Shown here piece after piece: positions 24,651 through 37,595 of a stretch of 64,000 nucleotides of DNA (within the stretch, counting starts at the first letter, position 1; every line of letters starts with the position of its first letter). The translations under genes and the position numbers were made by a program. This DNA is from Sphagnum compactum (Eukaryota): NCBI GenBank assembly GCA_965153455.1, contig OZ234494.1, positions 7,378,001-7,442,000 of the forward strand. Reading direction: 5' to 3'. The notes under the pieces were generated by a model. The model was not told the origin of the DNA. It did not search any database and worked only from the letters and a program-made list of their open reading frames with translations.

Positions 24651-27600
24651 GGTATGGCTTACAATGCCCTATTCCCAAGGAATCACCAAGCATAATTGGT
24701 AGGATGTTCTTAGGAAGGGCTAATAGTCCAGGCCAAAAATAGTGGTAACTAAGTTTAGGAAAGAATTTGCATGCAACCAATGAGAAGTCAGTCGTGTCGT
24801 GGAGTGAAGGGGCCTCCCTTTTTTCTTGTGGGTGGGAGCGAGGAGGGCAAGGGGGGGTTTTTTTTTAAAGTTGTGTTTGGTGTGGAGAGGGCAGGGGCAT
24901 GGATGCTCCCAAATTCTATGGTAAGAATTACAAAATGAATTTTCTCACCATACCATATTAGTGGAGGGCCTCACTATACAAAGGGCCTGCCTTGCAAAGG
25001 GACATTTTGCAAAACAAATACCGACCCACAAGGTTATCATAACATTTTGTTTTCGGTACATCCCTTCTAGACATTTTTGAATAGTTTTTGTACCTGTTAT
25101 GTCAGTCAAATAGTAAAAACAACCACCAAAAATGATGATGAAGCCCTGCCAAACTTGATCAAAAGAAGGCACCCAAGAAAGGGAAAGAAAAAGAAACAAG
25201 GGGGCAAGGACCAAAGTCCTGGCAAGCAAACAGCCGAAAAGAGGTGGGCCATAAGGAGGCAAGGGAACCACTAAACACCCAAACTTTCACCAGTCGTTTG
25301 AAGCATATCAACTAAATAAAGAAAGGGAGGTAAACCCCATAAAACTTTAAGCCTAAAAGAACCCTCCTTTGCAATAACAGTGTGCTTTGAGATGGAGATA
25401 GCATGTGCTCTTTGTAAAGCCATCGACACTCTCTATTTATAAAATGAACGTAACACCAATAAAAAAAGGGCCTTCCATGTTTTTTTTGTTGTCCATGCCA
25501 TGTTAGTGTAATGATGAAAAAAATTGTTGGATTGTTTATAAAAGCACCTAACAACTTTTACGACAAGAGGAAAAAATCTGTGCGTTGGATACCAATTGTC
25601 GTAAAGTCCTACTGTAACAAATTTTTAACTTTAGGGTTTGGATGTGAATAGGAAGAAGTTTTAGGGTTTCAAGAAAGAACATTTTCTCCTATTTTCGGCT
25701 GGGAGTGTTTACACACGATGGCAATGGAGACAAGGAAAAGGAGTGATGGAAATGCGGTGGTGTTTATGGCTTTGATGTTTTTATATGTCATTTTCTTTAA
25801 TTTGGGATGAGTGAGTTGCAGTGGATATTATTGGATGCTAGCTGAATGTGAGGGCAAGGGAGCTGCCAAGCGATGAGGAGCCAACGGAATTCTCGTTGTG
25901 GAGCAGAAGAAAGCAGAACATCAAAAACAAATAAGTGGGGAAGGGGGGATGCATTGGATTTGGGGGTAGAGGTTTTTAAAGAAGGAAGGCCAAATTTTTG
26001 TGCTCGAAGAGAAGTACAGAGAGATCCGCTGCGCAATGTACTTTGAAAGGTAGAAATCTAGTCTAGGAGTTGGGTTGGAAGGTTGATGACGAAGGGGATG
26101 ATGAAGATCCTAGGGGTCTCAAGAACGGCCTGGAATCTTCTCAATGTGTGTGTGTTGGGTTGATTTGTGTGTGAGTGTTGTTGATCTGCATATCGTGAGA
26201 AAACACCCTAATTACTAGGAACTCCAAATAACAGTCATAGTCCGTTGAATTTTACAAGGTGGATCATGTAAGGGGGTTGTGGTTTTTTGTAAAACTTGTG
26301 AAGCAATCAATGGGGACTTGAAGTGTGTTGTTTTTTTGTTTTTATGTGTTGTCAATTTGAGGGATGGTGTCATGAGTACTGGTTTATGTAATCTATTTGG
26401 ACTCAAGGGTCTATGTTACAAAGTGTAATATAGGACTTGGGTTCTTGTGGAAGTTTAATGTTGTTTTGGGCTTATGTGGTCTAAGGAAATTGAAAGGAGA
26501 AGGAAGGCAAATGGGCTCAAGAAAGAAATATCATAGTGATCTGACCCCTTAGAAACCTCAAACCTCTCTTTGTTGGTGAGGGCAAGAATTTAGGTGGCCA
26601 TAGGATTTGAATTAGGTGGCCACAAGCTCAAGCCAGTGGCTAATTTTGAGAGTGTCTCTAGCATTTAATATATGTGTTCCTTGTTTTGATTATTGTGTGC
26701 CTTAGTTTTTTGTCACACTACCACAAAAAAGGATCATCCATTTGTTGCAACAATTTGAAAGCTAGCACAAACAACACTTCAAGTATGCATGCCAAATTTC
26801 TATTTGATCCACAAAAATTAGCAAAGGGTTGGATCCTTTGTATGTAATCTACAACCGACCAATTATGGAATTTGAAGTTTAAATGTCCTTTGCCTTCCAC
26901 ATGAATCATATATAAAGGGCTAATCAATTTTGACCCATCTTAATGAAAGATAGGTTTGATTTGAATCTTTAATCATGAAGGACTTGGGCAAAATAACATA
27001 CAAATGTGAGTATAATTTTGCAAATTCACAAAATATTATAAGAACCATTTCTTCCAACAATATTGTGCATTCAAAAAACAACAATAGATTGTCATATTGC
27101 ATCATTTTTTATCAATTTACTTTGATAATAATTTTGGAGCATTGTGTGGAGTGAAGTGTCATGGGAGAAAACATGAAAGATTCATCATTCTTCATGATAA
27201 TTTAAACAAAGGCTCAAATTTTCAAAGGCATCAAACAACCATGACCAAAAGTTATTTAATGGACATAAAACTTCAAACAAATTATAACAAAACTTGCTTA
27301 AACCTATCATAAATATGGTATTTGTTATGATACAAAATGAATGATGATGAATGAATTTCATGTATTCAAATGAATGTCAAATAAAGGTCTATAAAATGGA
27401 CTAACATATGAAATGTTAGGTAGTTTTTGTTGTAATTTCTAAATTTTTTTAAATGTACATGTTCATTATATATGTTGAGGTTTATTGTGGGGTATCACGA
27501 GTGGCACACAATTAACAACACAAGGTTTATGTTAAATAATTCAATCATTTTCAAGTAGATTAAACAAACCAACTATTGTTAGGCATAATCACAACTTGCG

Positions 27601-28136
27601 TTATGGAAACAATGTCATGATTCAACATTTTTTGTATAGTTGGTTTAAATTGAGGTTGGTATATATAATTTATGTTGACGATCTATTTATCCATGTTTGC
27701 CATAATAAAATTGATATCCATTCAATGCCAAGGAAAAGAGCCATCAATTGTACCAAAATAACGATACATGGGACACATAACACACAATAAGCTTGTAAAT
27801 CAAATGGTAGAACAAGCCCTTGAAACAAAGTGTACAAATTTGTGTTTAGCAAGCATTAATTTTTTTTATTAATTGCAACTTTCTTTTTTATATATATTTC
27901 AAAATCAAGGAACTGTCAATTTCAAGTTTTTAAAAAACTTAAAAACTATCAATTTTGGTAGTTCATAATTCAAAAACCTTGTGGTTTTCATGAAGAAACA
28001 AATAAGAATTGATAGTTTTGCGAGTGGTTATTTGAATTTTTTAAAAATTGAAAACCATGGTCATATATCATAATTGGTTGTTTGAATTTTATTTTTTTCA
28101 AAACCATGGTTATGAACCCTTAGAACCACTATGATA

Positions 28137-31100
28137 CATTAGTACAAGAAAATATGTTTTTTTACTAGGTTTTTTATTTTTTAAATCCAAAATGACAGAC
28201 ATAAAAAAGGTCACTATGTCAATTTAGAATGTCAAATTGGACTTGTCATTGTGACCAAGGTGATTTTTTTATTAACAAAATAGGAGATTATTGACTATTC
28301 ATTTTGATTAGCAAACAATAACCATTTAACTATTCAAATGTTTACTTAAATTTAAATCATTTTTTTCTAGATTAATATTTTTTAGGTCGATAGATAGTAA
28401 ATATGTTTAAGTAGGTCCTAAAAAGGCAAATAGGTAGGTAGGTGATAAATTTTAACATAACCTAATTTAACCTAACTTACCTAGCCGATTTAATTACCTT
28501 AGTCTAACCTACCTACCATAATCCATTTGTCATAGATGTCAATGTCATGGAGTTCATTCATTTGAATGTTCATCCATGTACTTAACTTTTAGTCTAATTT
28601 CAATTCACTCTTAATTATTTTCAATTAAATGTTAGTTCACTTCCACTGAACTCATAATTCATTTCCAGTTGACTTTTAGTTCATTTTAGTTAACTTTTAA
28701 TAAAATTCTAGTCAAGTCTAAATTAATTCCCAATTAACTTTGAGTTAAATCCCAGTTAAGTCTTAGTTAACTCTTAGTTAAGTTATTGTTAATTCTAGTT
28801 GAGTCCTAGTTGATTTTAGCTGACTTTTAGTTAAGTCTTAATTAACTTTTAGTTAAATTTTAGTTAATTCATAGTTGATTTTTAGTTAGGAAGGTTCTCA
28901 AGAAGTTTTTTTACTCGATGCACACATAGAAGCCTCTTTGGAAACTTCCTTGAACTAGGTCCCCGAAAGGGTATAAATAAAAGTCCGACCCCTCATTTCT
29001 TTTAATTGTTCAACATTAGTTTTAGGCACGATCCAAAGCCTTGTTATATTCATATTTGCATATATTAGCACAATAAATATCTATTTTCGTGATTTTTTCT
29101 TACACATCTCATGTTTTTGTTCTTAGTTTTTATGTTTTTTTTAATTTTATCTAGATGAAAATGTTTATCTTCTATTAGATTAAGATAGAGCTTGAGGTGG
29201 ATCATAAGTTTGTAACAACATCTATGTGATCTTAAGGTTGGGTGGAAAGCTCATGATAAAAATCAATGTTTTTATCATCTCTATTTTCTCATCAATCCAC
29301 TATCAATTTCCAACATAATCATCAATAGAAACTATTTTCCTTTCATTGGGTTATCAAAATTTGATAAGTTAATTTTTTTTCTTTTCCTTCAATAAAATGA
29401 ATTTTTTTTTACTCTATATTGGTAACCTTCCTAATTTCTTTTTTTTTGGTTCCTTATTGTAACAAGGATAAATTTCACTTATCGAGATAATTCAATGAAG
29501 ATTATTACTATGCTATTGAAAGGTGCAAACTTGATACAATGAACCAACTGGATTATTGTAAAAAAGGACTACATGTCATTTTTGCCAAAAAACCTTTTTC
29601 ATATGAATGAATTTTGGGACATTTTTTTTGCAACTTGTTACATTAAATGCTTATAGTTGCTCAAATACATGACATGTTTTTCTTCATCATTTTTAATAAA
29701 TATGAAAATTTGAAAGTGTGTCTTAATTTTTTATAAATTCAATGTTTTGTTTTTTAAAATGATAATGATTTCAAATCATAACCAATTTTATTTTTTTACA
29801 TTTTTATGTTTTCTTGTATGATATACTACAACTTTTCTTAACACATCATGTACATTTTACCCCATTTATGTGTGGCAAAAGACTTTTGAAGTTCTAAAAT
29901 TTTGGATCAATTTTGGAAAGTTCTTTGAATTTTTAAAGATTTACAATTTCACATATTTTAGGGTATGAGTGTTTTTTAATGTGGTTAATAGGTTTTTATC
30001 CTCTTAATTTTTTTCCCATCAAATGTGAGTTATTATATGAGTCCTTTTGATAATCCTTTGCAAAATTGATTCTTGTCCGACGCATTCTTATTCATTTTTA
30101 GAGGTCCTAAATCAAAACTTAAACTTAAAATTTCATCAAGTGGATTTTTGGTTTTGAATTCCTTGACATTCATATGAATGAAAAACAATAGCTGACCATG
30201 ATTGCCATGGCTTTAAATGAAAAAACATAAATATTTATCCAATTTTGATTGTTGTTATTTGCAATCTTACGCCCATTTTGGCTCATTGGATTGTAACTAC
30301 ACCCTAAAACTTTCCAAGGTGAGAAAAACATCAATGCTTCATTTGAGGCCATAGATAAAAATACTAAAAAAATAAGATGAATTTTTAAAAAAAGCTACAA
30401 TTGAATTTGTGAAGAAGTTGCAATTTCAAAACTTATCCCATATTGTTTGTTTATTGTTCTTATTTTGAACATTATATAGACAAGGGGTGTGGTAATTTAA
30501 TTTCATATTAAAAAATGTGTGCACATGGGATGAGCCAATCAATAGGCTGAACCCAAAACAAAAAACAAATTTTGCATAATTATAAAGTACTTACCTCCCC
30601 AACCTACTTATCTACCTAACTAGGTAGGCACCTAATTTGACCTACCCACCTAGGTTGACCTATGTACCTATTTACTTAAGTACTTATGTATATGAATAAA
30701 TATTTAACCTAGGAAGATAGAACTTACCTACCTACTTTTTTACCTACGTAGGTAGTAGGTATTTAACCTAGGTTTGTAGGCACTTATTTACGTATTTACC
30801 TAGGTACTAACAACCTAATATTAATATTTTTATTAAATTCATTTTTAATGCCACATGGCATATTTACATTGGGCCACGTGTCATAATATAAGATCATCCC
30901 AACATTTGTATTGAATGTCTTAGATTATTTCAAAATTATTATTATTATTATATTTTAAATAATCAAATATTGGGAGATGTGGCAACACATCATTTGCTTT
31001 CAATTATGACCAAAATAGTTGCATTTTAATCGGATGTGACAATACGTATACAATGGAGTCAAATGATGAATTTGTATTTGTTGATTTTTTCTTTCATCCA

Positions 31101-31212
31101 ATACCTTTTGTCATTTGCAATTAATTTATCACATGCGACTTGTCTTAGGCGACTAACAAGATTTTAATTGCAAATGTCACTTCCAACTAAAATACATTTT
31201 TTTCTTCTAGTG
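28137..31212. mobile_element. Possible ~3 kb non-autonomous CACTA-like element with internal simple repeats
   Basis: Left end CATTAGTACAAGAAAA, right end TTTTTTCTTCTAGTG. TAGG/CCTA-rich tracts near both ends (28430-28520, 30590-30815) and a TTAGTTAA-like array at 28620-28890. The flanking triplets (ATA/TAA) do not match. Confidence 0.4.
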
Positions 31213-31499
31213 TAATGCATTGATGTTTCAACTATAGCAAGAAACTCAACATGATCTTAATGTTGATGTAGCAAGGAGATGACATAACAATATGGTAGAC
31301 TCAATAAATATGGAACATAAACCTCCTTTTGGAGGTAATGATATTTTGAAATCTAACCAAAAACTTTTACTTGAAACTTACCTTGGGAATAAGAAAACAC
31401 AACAAAATTATTTTCATGAATTCCATTGAAAATATATATGAGCTCCCACTATTAATAAGTTTTAGTTTCAAATGATTACATCAAATTCACTTCCATTAC

Positions 31500-32300
31500 T
31501 ATGCTTTAGATCATAATCAAATCCTAAAGGTTCAAAAATATTTTAAACTCCAATTATGATATGTTGTTGTAGGTCAAATTCAAATATTAAAAGTTTAGAA
31601 TGATTTTCAATTCCAATGTTATGTTGTTATAGGTCATATTCAAACCCCAAAGGTTCAAAGTGATTTTTAATTCCAATGTTATGTTACTGTGGGTCATATT
31701 CAAATCCTAAAGGTTAAAGATGATTTTCAATTCCAATGTTATGTTGTTGTGAGTTAAATTCAAATCCTAAAGGTTCATATTTTTAGTTCCAATGTTATGT
31801 TGATGTAGGTCATATTCAAATCATAAAGATTCAGATTGATTTTCATTTCCAATATTATGCTTTAGGTCAAATTCAAATCCTAAAGGTTCATATTTTTAGT
31901 TCCAATGTTATGTTGATGTAGGTCATATTCAAATCACAAAGATTCAGATTGATTTTCATTTCCAATATTATGCTTTAGGTCAAATTCAAATCCTAAAGGT
32001 TCATATTTTTAGTTCCAATGTTATGTTGATGTAGGTCATATTCAAATCATAAAGATTCAGATTGATTTTCATTTCCAATATTATGCTTTAGGTCAAATTC
32101 AAATCCTAAAGGTTCAAAATGATTTTTAGTTCCACTACAATGTTGTTGCAAGTAAGATTCAAGTCCAAATAGTTTAAAATGAGTATTAGTTCCAATTCAA
32201 TGTTGCCATAGATCATATTCAAATCCTAAAGTTTCAAAATGATTTTCACTTCCAATGCAATGTTGTTGCAAGTCAGATCTAAATCAATGTTATGTTATGT
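31500..32300. repeat. ~60-bp satellite with an internal 113-bp higher-order dimer repeated three times
   Basis: caaat anchors at 31581, 31641, 31701, 31761 (period 60), then 31761, 31874, 31987, 32100 (period 113, near-identical), then 32160 and 32220. Confidence 0.93.
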
Positions 32301-32869
32301 TTTATGTCAAAATCCATTCAAAAAGACAATCATCAATTAATTTGATTTTGTCTTTCAGGTCAAAAACAATTCGAAAGGTTTACCATCAATTTCAATTGTG
32401 TGTTATGCTTTAGGTCAAAATTAACTAGTAATCAACATCAATTATTATCTTTTAAGTCAAAATCAATTGTATTTCATCAATTTCATTTGCATGTTGTCCT
32501 TCAGATCATAATGTTTATTCTTTGGCTCATGTCTCTTGGATGTTCATCCTCATCAGATTTCAATAATTGTATTGGCAGTGGTACAAGATTTTGGTCCCTC
32601 ATGAAAACATGGCACGTTGTCGTGCTGAGGTTGGATAGGACATTAACCATGTTCTTATGCATTTTGTGATTTTTCTTATCTCACTCCTTCAAATATTGCA
32701 AATGTTGTTTAAAAGCTTTATCCTAAGACTTTGTCTTGTTTTTGTCAAAGCCTAATTACATAAAATTAATCCAATCCATGGCTTTCATAATGATTTTGTT
32801 GTTTTGGTCTATGGTCAAAATTATGGCCAAAATAAAATAAGAAATTTCATCCATCATATTATGTGTTAC

Positions 32870-33173
32870 CCTAAGTGGCAATCATCCATAAGAGAATATG
32901 TTTCAAAAAAAGTGGTGACCATCCATACGGAGATTTAGCCAAATCTGGCTATTAATACATATGAAGCACAGGATTTTATTCATCTTTCTATATTTATGGC
33001 TACTTGCTGGAGTCGAATATAGCAATCTGGCAAATTTTCCTACATTGTTTTCTCACGTCTGAAAAATTGAGAACTCTGGCATAAAAAAATAACTTCATTT
33101 CTCAAAATTTCAAATTTCATTCTGCCTATTTCGGCGAAAACTCGCCGCTAGAAAAAAACAAGAAAAAGAACTG
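32870..33173 (+). mobile_element. Diverged member of the hAT-MITE family seen at 24370-24650, just upstream of Di19
   Basis: Shares aagtggcaatcatccataaga, gatttagcca, ttctatat..tggctactt and an A-rich end closing in CTG. No left terminus or TSD seen. Confidence 0.65.
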
Positions 33174-33339
33174 GACCGTACACACACTGGACAGATTTCA
33201 TCCACGTTCCTAAACGAAAGGGCCCCTGGTCGATACTTACCTACCTACGACACAAGACGGCAGAAAATGGGATAAAATTCATTCATCCATTTTATTATTT
33301 GTTGCCTGGAAAGCTGCTCGTTGCTGGGAATGCACATTT

Positions 33340-33648
33340 GAAGACGAAGAAGAAGCCGACGGAGCCGAAGACGTGGACAACGAAGAAGAAGACGTAGACG
33401 CAGATGATGAAGACGAAGACGTATAGGAAGAGGACGAAAACGTAGACGAGGAAAACGAAGACGAAGACGTAGACGACGAAGACGACAAAGTAGACGAAGA
33501 AGACGAAGAAGACGACGACGTACACGACGAACACGTAGACGTAGCAGATGACGACGACGAAGAAGAACGCTGGGAGAATCTGCTGCGACAAGAAAGCAAA
33601 GGGAGCTTGCTGGAGGAGGAGGAGGCAAGTGAGGAGGAGTAGGAAGAA
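33340..33648 (+). repeat. GAA/GAC/GAG trinucleotide-rich tract in the Di19 leader, reading as poly-Asp/Glu in the Di19 frame
   Basis: EDEEEADGAEDVDNEEEDVDADDEDEDV*EEDENVDEE...EEEEASEEE*EEVGCII then the Di19 ATG. Confidence 0.85.
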
Positions 33649-33663
33649 GTCGGGTGCATCATC

Positions 33664-36600
33664 ATGGATGGAGGAGAGATTTGGGCGGCGCATATGTCCA
33701 ATTCCAAGCCTCAATACAATCTTCATCATCAGCCTTCTTCACACTCCGCGCATTTAGGTGTGTGATTCGGTGTGTTTTTTGTTATGTCAGTTTTGGTTCT
33801 GGCTGACGAAGAAGAAGAAGATATGCTTATAAGTTAGGTTGAAAGAAAAGATAGGCGGTGTTTTTGTGGAATTATGGCAGGTATTATGCTGTCTTATTAT
33901 GCACACAGAGAGAGAGAGAGATGATGTCTGATGTCTGTTTCTTAGTGTGATTTTTTATTCTTTTTGTTGTATACTATGGATGGCGGAGAGAGAAAATGAA
34001 TGAGTCCTTGCGGATATATATCTAGGAGTGATGACTATGGAAGTAAGTGGCGAGCGAGCGGGCAACATGGATTCTGGAAGTGTTTTTTTTCCTTGAATTA
34101 TTATTGTGGGATTGCATGACCTGGTTTACTTTCTTTTTGAGCAACTAGTAGAATGATCATGGCGCAGACAAAGAAAAAGATGATGATGTGCGCTAGGGTT
34201 TCAAAGGCGAGGACGAGAAATTTTTATTAGCCCCCCCTTCCCGGGCCGAGACAGAACCTTGTGTTGGTGGATGATGATGATGATGATGGGCACCGTCGTC
34301 AACTAGCAGCGCCATTTCATTTCACAACTACCTCTTCCATTATACTTACTTGAACACTGCGAATCCAGGGTTGCTCTTGGCCCCCTTTTTTTCTTTTTTA
34401 TTTTCATTTTTTTCTAGTTCCCAGTAATCTCTTGGCATCTGGAGGTGTGTGTGTGGTTATGGACAGGGAATTGTGTTGTTTTGAGAGGAGTTATGGCCAC
34501 TGCAATAATGGTGATGTATTATTATGCAAGTGTTCCTGACGAAACCCTATCCTCTGTGGATACAACAATTTAGCTGTGTGGATATGTGGTGCGGTGGCAA
34601 GTACTTATCTTTTCAATATAGGAGCTGTTGATTTGATCCATTTTGTAATTTGTGAGCTGTTGTTCACAGGTTTGCTAGGGTCATTCTCAACCACATTCTA
34701 GGCATGACAAGAATGCCATGAAATGGAACTGTGGAGTTTAGGCTCTTGTCTGTACTATGGACTCAGGACCCGTCAGGATTCAGGACACTTGAATTTACCC
34801 CCAAGCCACAGTTCTTTGAGCACTTGCACAGAGTAAAATTCTTTGTGTCGAAGGAAAAATTTAAAAGTTCAGGATTGCAGTCGATTTGGTTGGCACCATA
34901 TATATGCTTCTGTATGTCCAATGCAAGATTTGCATAATTGAGTTCTTTTGCTTTCTTGGTGATGAAAATTCCATGTGAAAGTTGGGGTTGTTTCTTGTAG
35001 TCTACACTACCTCATCTCAAGCCCTCTCTGCAGGACGAGCCAGTCTGCTCGGATCCTCAGTATGTTTTACAGAATAAGTTCTAAGCAGCTTGAATTGTTT
35101 GGAATTCAGTGTTATCAGGACTCCAAGTGTTATGGTCATGCTAAACAGCTAATGATGTTTCTGAGTGAAATTTTTCTCTTATAAATCTCTGTCATGCACA
35201 AATTTGTTGGAACAACATAGTGTTATGGAGATGCCACAGATGAATGCGTCCAGTTCATTATTTTTGGGGAATTAGTGTTGATACTGTGTTTCAAGTTAAC
35301 ATGTTTTAAACCTTAAAACTGGTGTTGATTTTTGCAGATCAACACATTAACCTTGATGATGTGGATGGTGATGAGGATGTGCGGTCTGACTTCTCATGCC
35401 CATACTGCTATGAAGACTTTGACCTCACATCACTGTGCTCTCACCTTGAGGATGAACACTGCTTTGAGTTTAAACCTGCTGTAAGTTATTCCCATTCATC
35501 AATTGTGTTTTTTATCTCTTTATGGATCACTCTTTACATCCCTGGTTTTTCCTGGTCTGGAACCCAGCATTATGAACTCCTTTAGTGAATTAAAAGCAGA
35601 TAAATGCCTGCAAGTATGTGGATTTCTTTAAGATGATAAAGTTGTAGCTGAAAACTACACAAACATCCTCTTTTCCAATCATTCTTGAGGAGAATTCTTC
35701 TGAAGGATCTTGCTCATTTTTTTCCAAGATTCTTTGCAGCATTTGTGGATGCAAGATGCTGTCTCAAACAAGGCTGGTACCTGACTGTGGGGAATCATAA
35801 TTTACCTAGAGGACTTGAGGTTGCAACATGATTGTCAAATTGGTAGGGAGTGCCAATTAGAATCAGAGGTTCAAAAAGCTGCATGCATATAGTAGTCTTT
35901 GCTGTGGTGTCCTTTACTTTGGGACAAGCCTTAAGCTACTAGGGTGCAGTTTACTTCATGCAGGCTCTATATGCTCTCCTGAAGAATCATATAGTGATAG
36001 TCATCCAGTGCACTGCATGATGGAGCTAATTGGTTATTATTTGTTTGGATTTTTTTACAGATATGCCCAGTTTGTGCAGCAAAGATAGGAAAGGACATGG
36101 TGGGCCATGTCACACTCCAGCATGCCAATCTTTTAAAGATATCCTTTTTGATTGCAATTAGATTTCATTTTCAATTCAAGCCCAGCTTGAGATGCCCAGC
36201 TATGAGAATCTGGCAGAAAGAGAGGAAGATAAAGTGTTGATTTTCATCAATATGTGATGTGTGGCCTTGACAGCTACTTACATGCAGCGCCAGAGAAGAT
36301 TTCAAAGGGGAGGCACACCATCAAGTGCTACTCTGTCACTTTTCGGAAAAGAACTTCGGGATGCACATCTCCAGGCCCTCTTAGGGGGTAGCACATCTTA
36401 TATGGGCTCTCTCAGCACCAATGCTGCAGATCCCCTCCTCTCCAACCTTGGTTATAGCCTCCCCATTTCTGAGGCAGAAGACCCCCCAAAACCAAGTGTA
36501 ACTGTTGATATTCCTTCCAAATCGTTGACTTCCATCCATCAGCAAAATCCCAGGTTGAGGCTCTCCCTCCTTTGTTAAAACTTTGATGTGGGGTCTTATG

Positions 36601-37595
36601 CTGGAAAAAGCCTTGCAAGTATAGTCACAAAAGAGATTGTGCATTTCTTGTTTTAAGACTCTTCTATAATCTGGCTTTGAATATTTGGGAAGGCCACTTC
36701 AAATGGCATTAGACCCAAGAAATCTGGAAATTGCATACCTCACTTCTCTGACGTTATGTCTGTGATTCTCCTTGAAAACCACCAGTGTGCTGCTCTCTGC
36801 TGTGGGTTTTGGGTGTGCTCTAGCTCTGATATTAGCCTTTGTTGGTTGAGAATGGATGTGAACATGTAACAGGAGCCAGTTTCTCAATGTTCTCAAGGTA
36901 GTAGATCACTCAGCAGTGTGATTTTTCAGGGGCCTGATACTGGGGTTAAGGCACAATTACATCCGGGTGGGAATCGTTTTAAGTCAATGAGGAAAGCTTC
37001 GCATCTGGAAGTGTGTTATCCTGTTCTCTCTCCTTCACCCTCTCTTTTTCCATGAAAGCTGGCCACAGTGCTTGAGTTTGCATATGGCCTACAAACCAAT
37101 ATTATGTAGTTATCTACACCCACTGTTGCACACTGACAAAGTCAGTGGGTATCCTGGCAGCTTGTCACTGCTATTTGTGATGAAGGTGATGGTCTGATAC
37201 TTTGTCAGCAACTGCCATAAGGTTATGACTGCACTAATTGTTGTGTTACCTTCAAAGTTTGTGGAGATTTCTCTGCAACATTTCAGATATGGCCCACCAA
37301 CCAAAGTTCTACAACAGTACTATAATCTTTGCACCCTCTCAAACTAACTGAAGTAGCAATTATTTTGAGGAAGTTGTAGTAAATAACACGTAGTGCTAGA
37401 GCAGACACACAACACATTCTGTGTGGATGTGTCCTGGAGTTGATGATTCTCATGATTTTTATTGTCTGGCCTTTCTGGGACAGTGTGGATGCCTCATTAA
37501 CAGCAGAGGAGCGGGAACAGAAGTCAAAAGATGCAGCACTCCGTGCTAAATTTATGCAACAACTGGTGCTCTCAACTATATTTGGTGACAGTTAA
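33664..37595 (+). CDS. DI19: Drought-induced 19 (Di19) zinc-finger protein; 5 exons (33664-33757, 35338-35480, 36061-36138, 36282-36553, 37484-37595)
   Basis: MDGGEIWAAH... start; zf-Di19 FSCPYCYEDFDLTSLCSHLEDEH and ICPVCAAKIGKDMVGHVTLQH; KELRDAHLQALLG, DPLLS and C-terminal RAKFMQQLVLSTIFGD*. The frame is continuous only if intron 3 is AT-AC. Confidence 0.95.
36139..36281 (+). other. U12-type (minor spliceosome) AT-AC intron, 143 nt
   Basis: 5' site ATATCCTTT, branch site GCCTTGAC about 10 nt before the terminal AC. It joins ...LLK to MQRQRR. Confidence 0.95.

Noticed and set aside
31500..32300. CRISPR-like array
   Set aside because: Units are tandem monomers without unique spacers, the context is eukaryotic and there are no cas genes. 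The same applies to 22478-22942 and 63135-63700.
33245..33729. Three long - strand ORFs (poly-Ser, Arg/Leu-rich, Val/Phe-rich)
   Set aside because: They are antisense readings of the GAA/GAC-rich tract, which lacks stops on that strand. No independent coding evidence.
36261..36281. GTG start of the 105-aa ORF as a separate gene
   Set aside because: This is the 3' end of the U12 intron. The ORF is Di19 exon 4.
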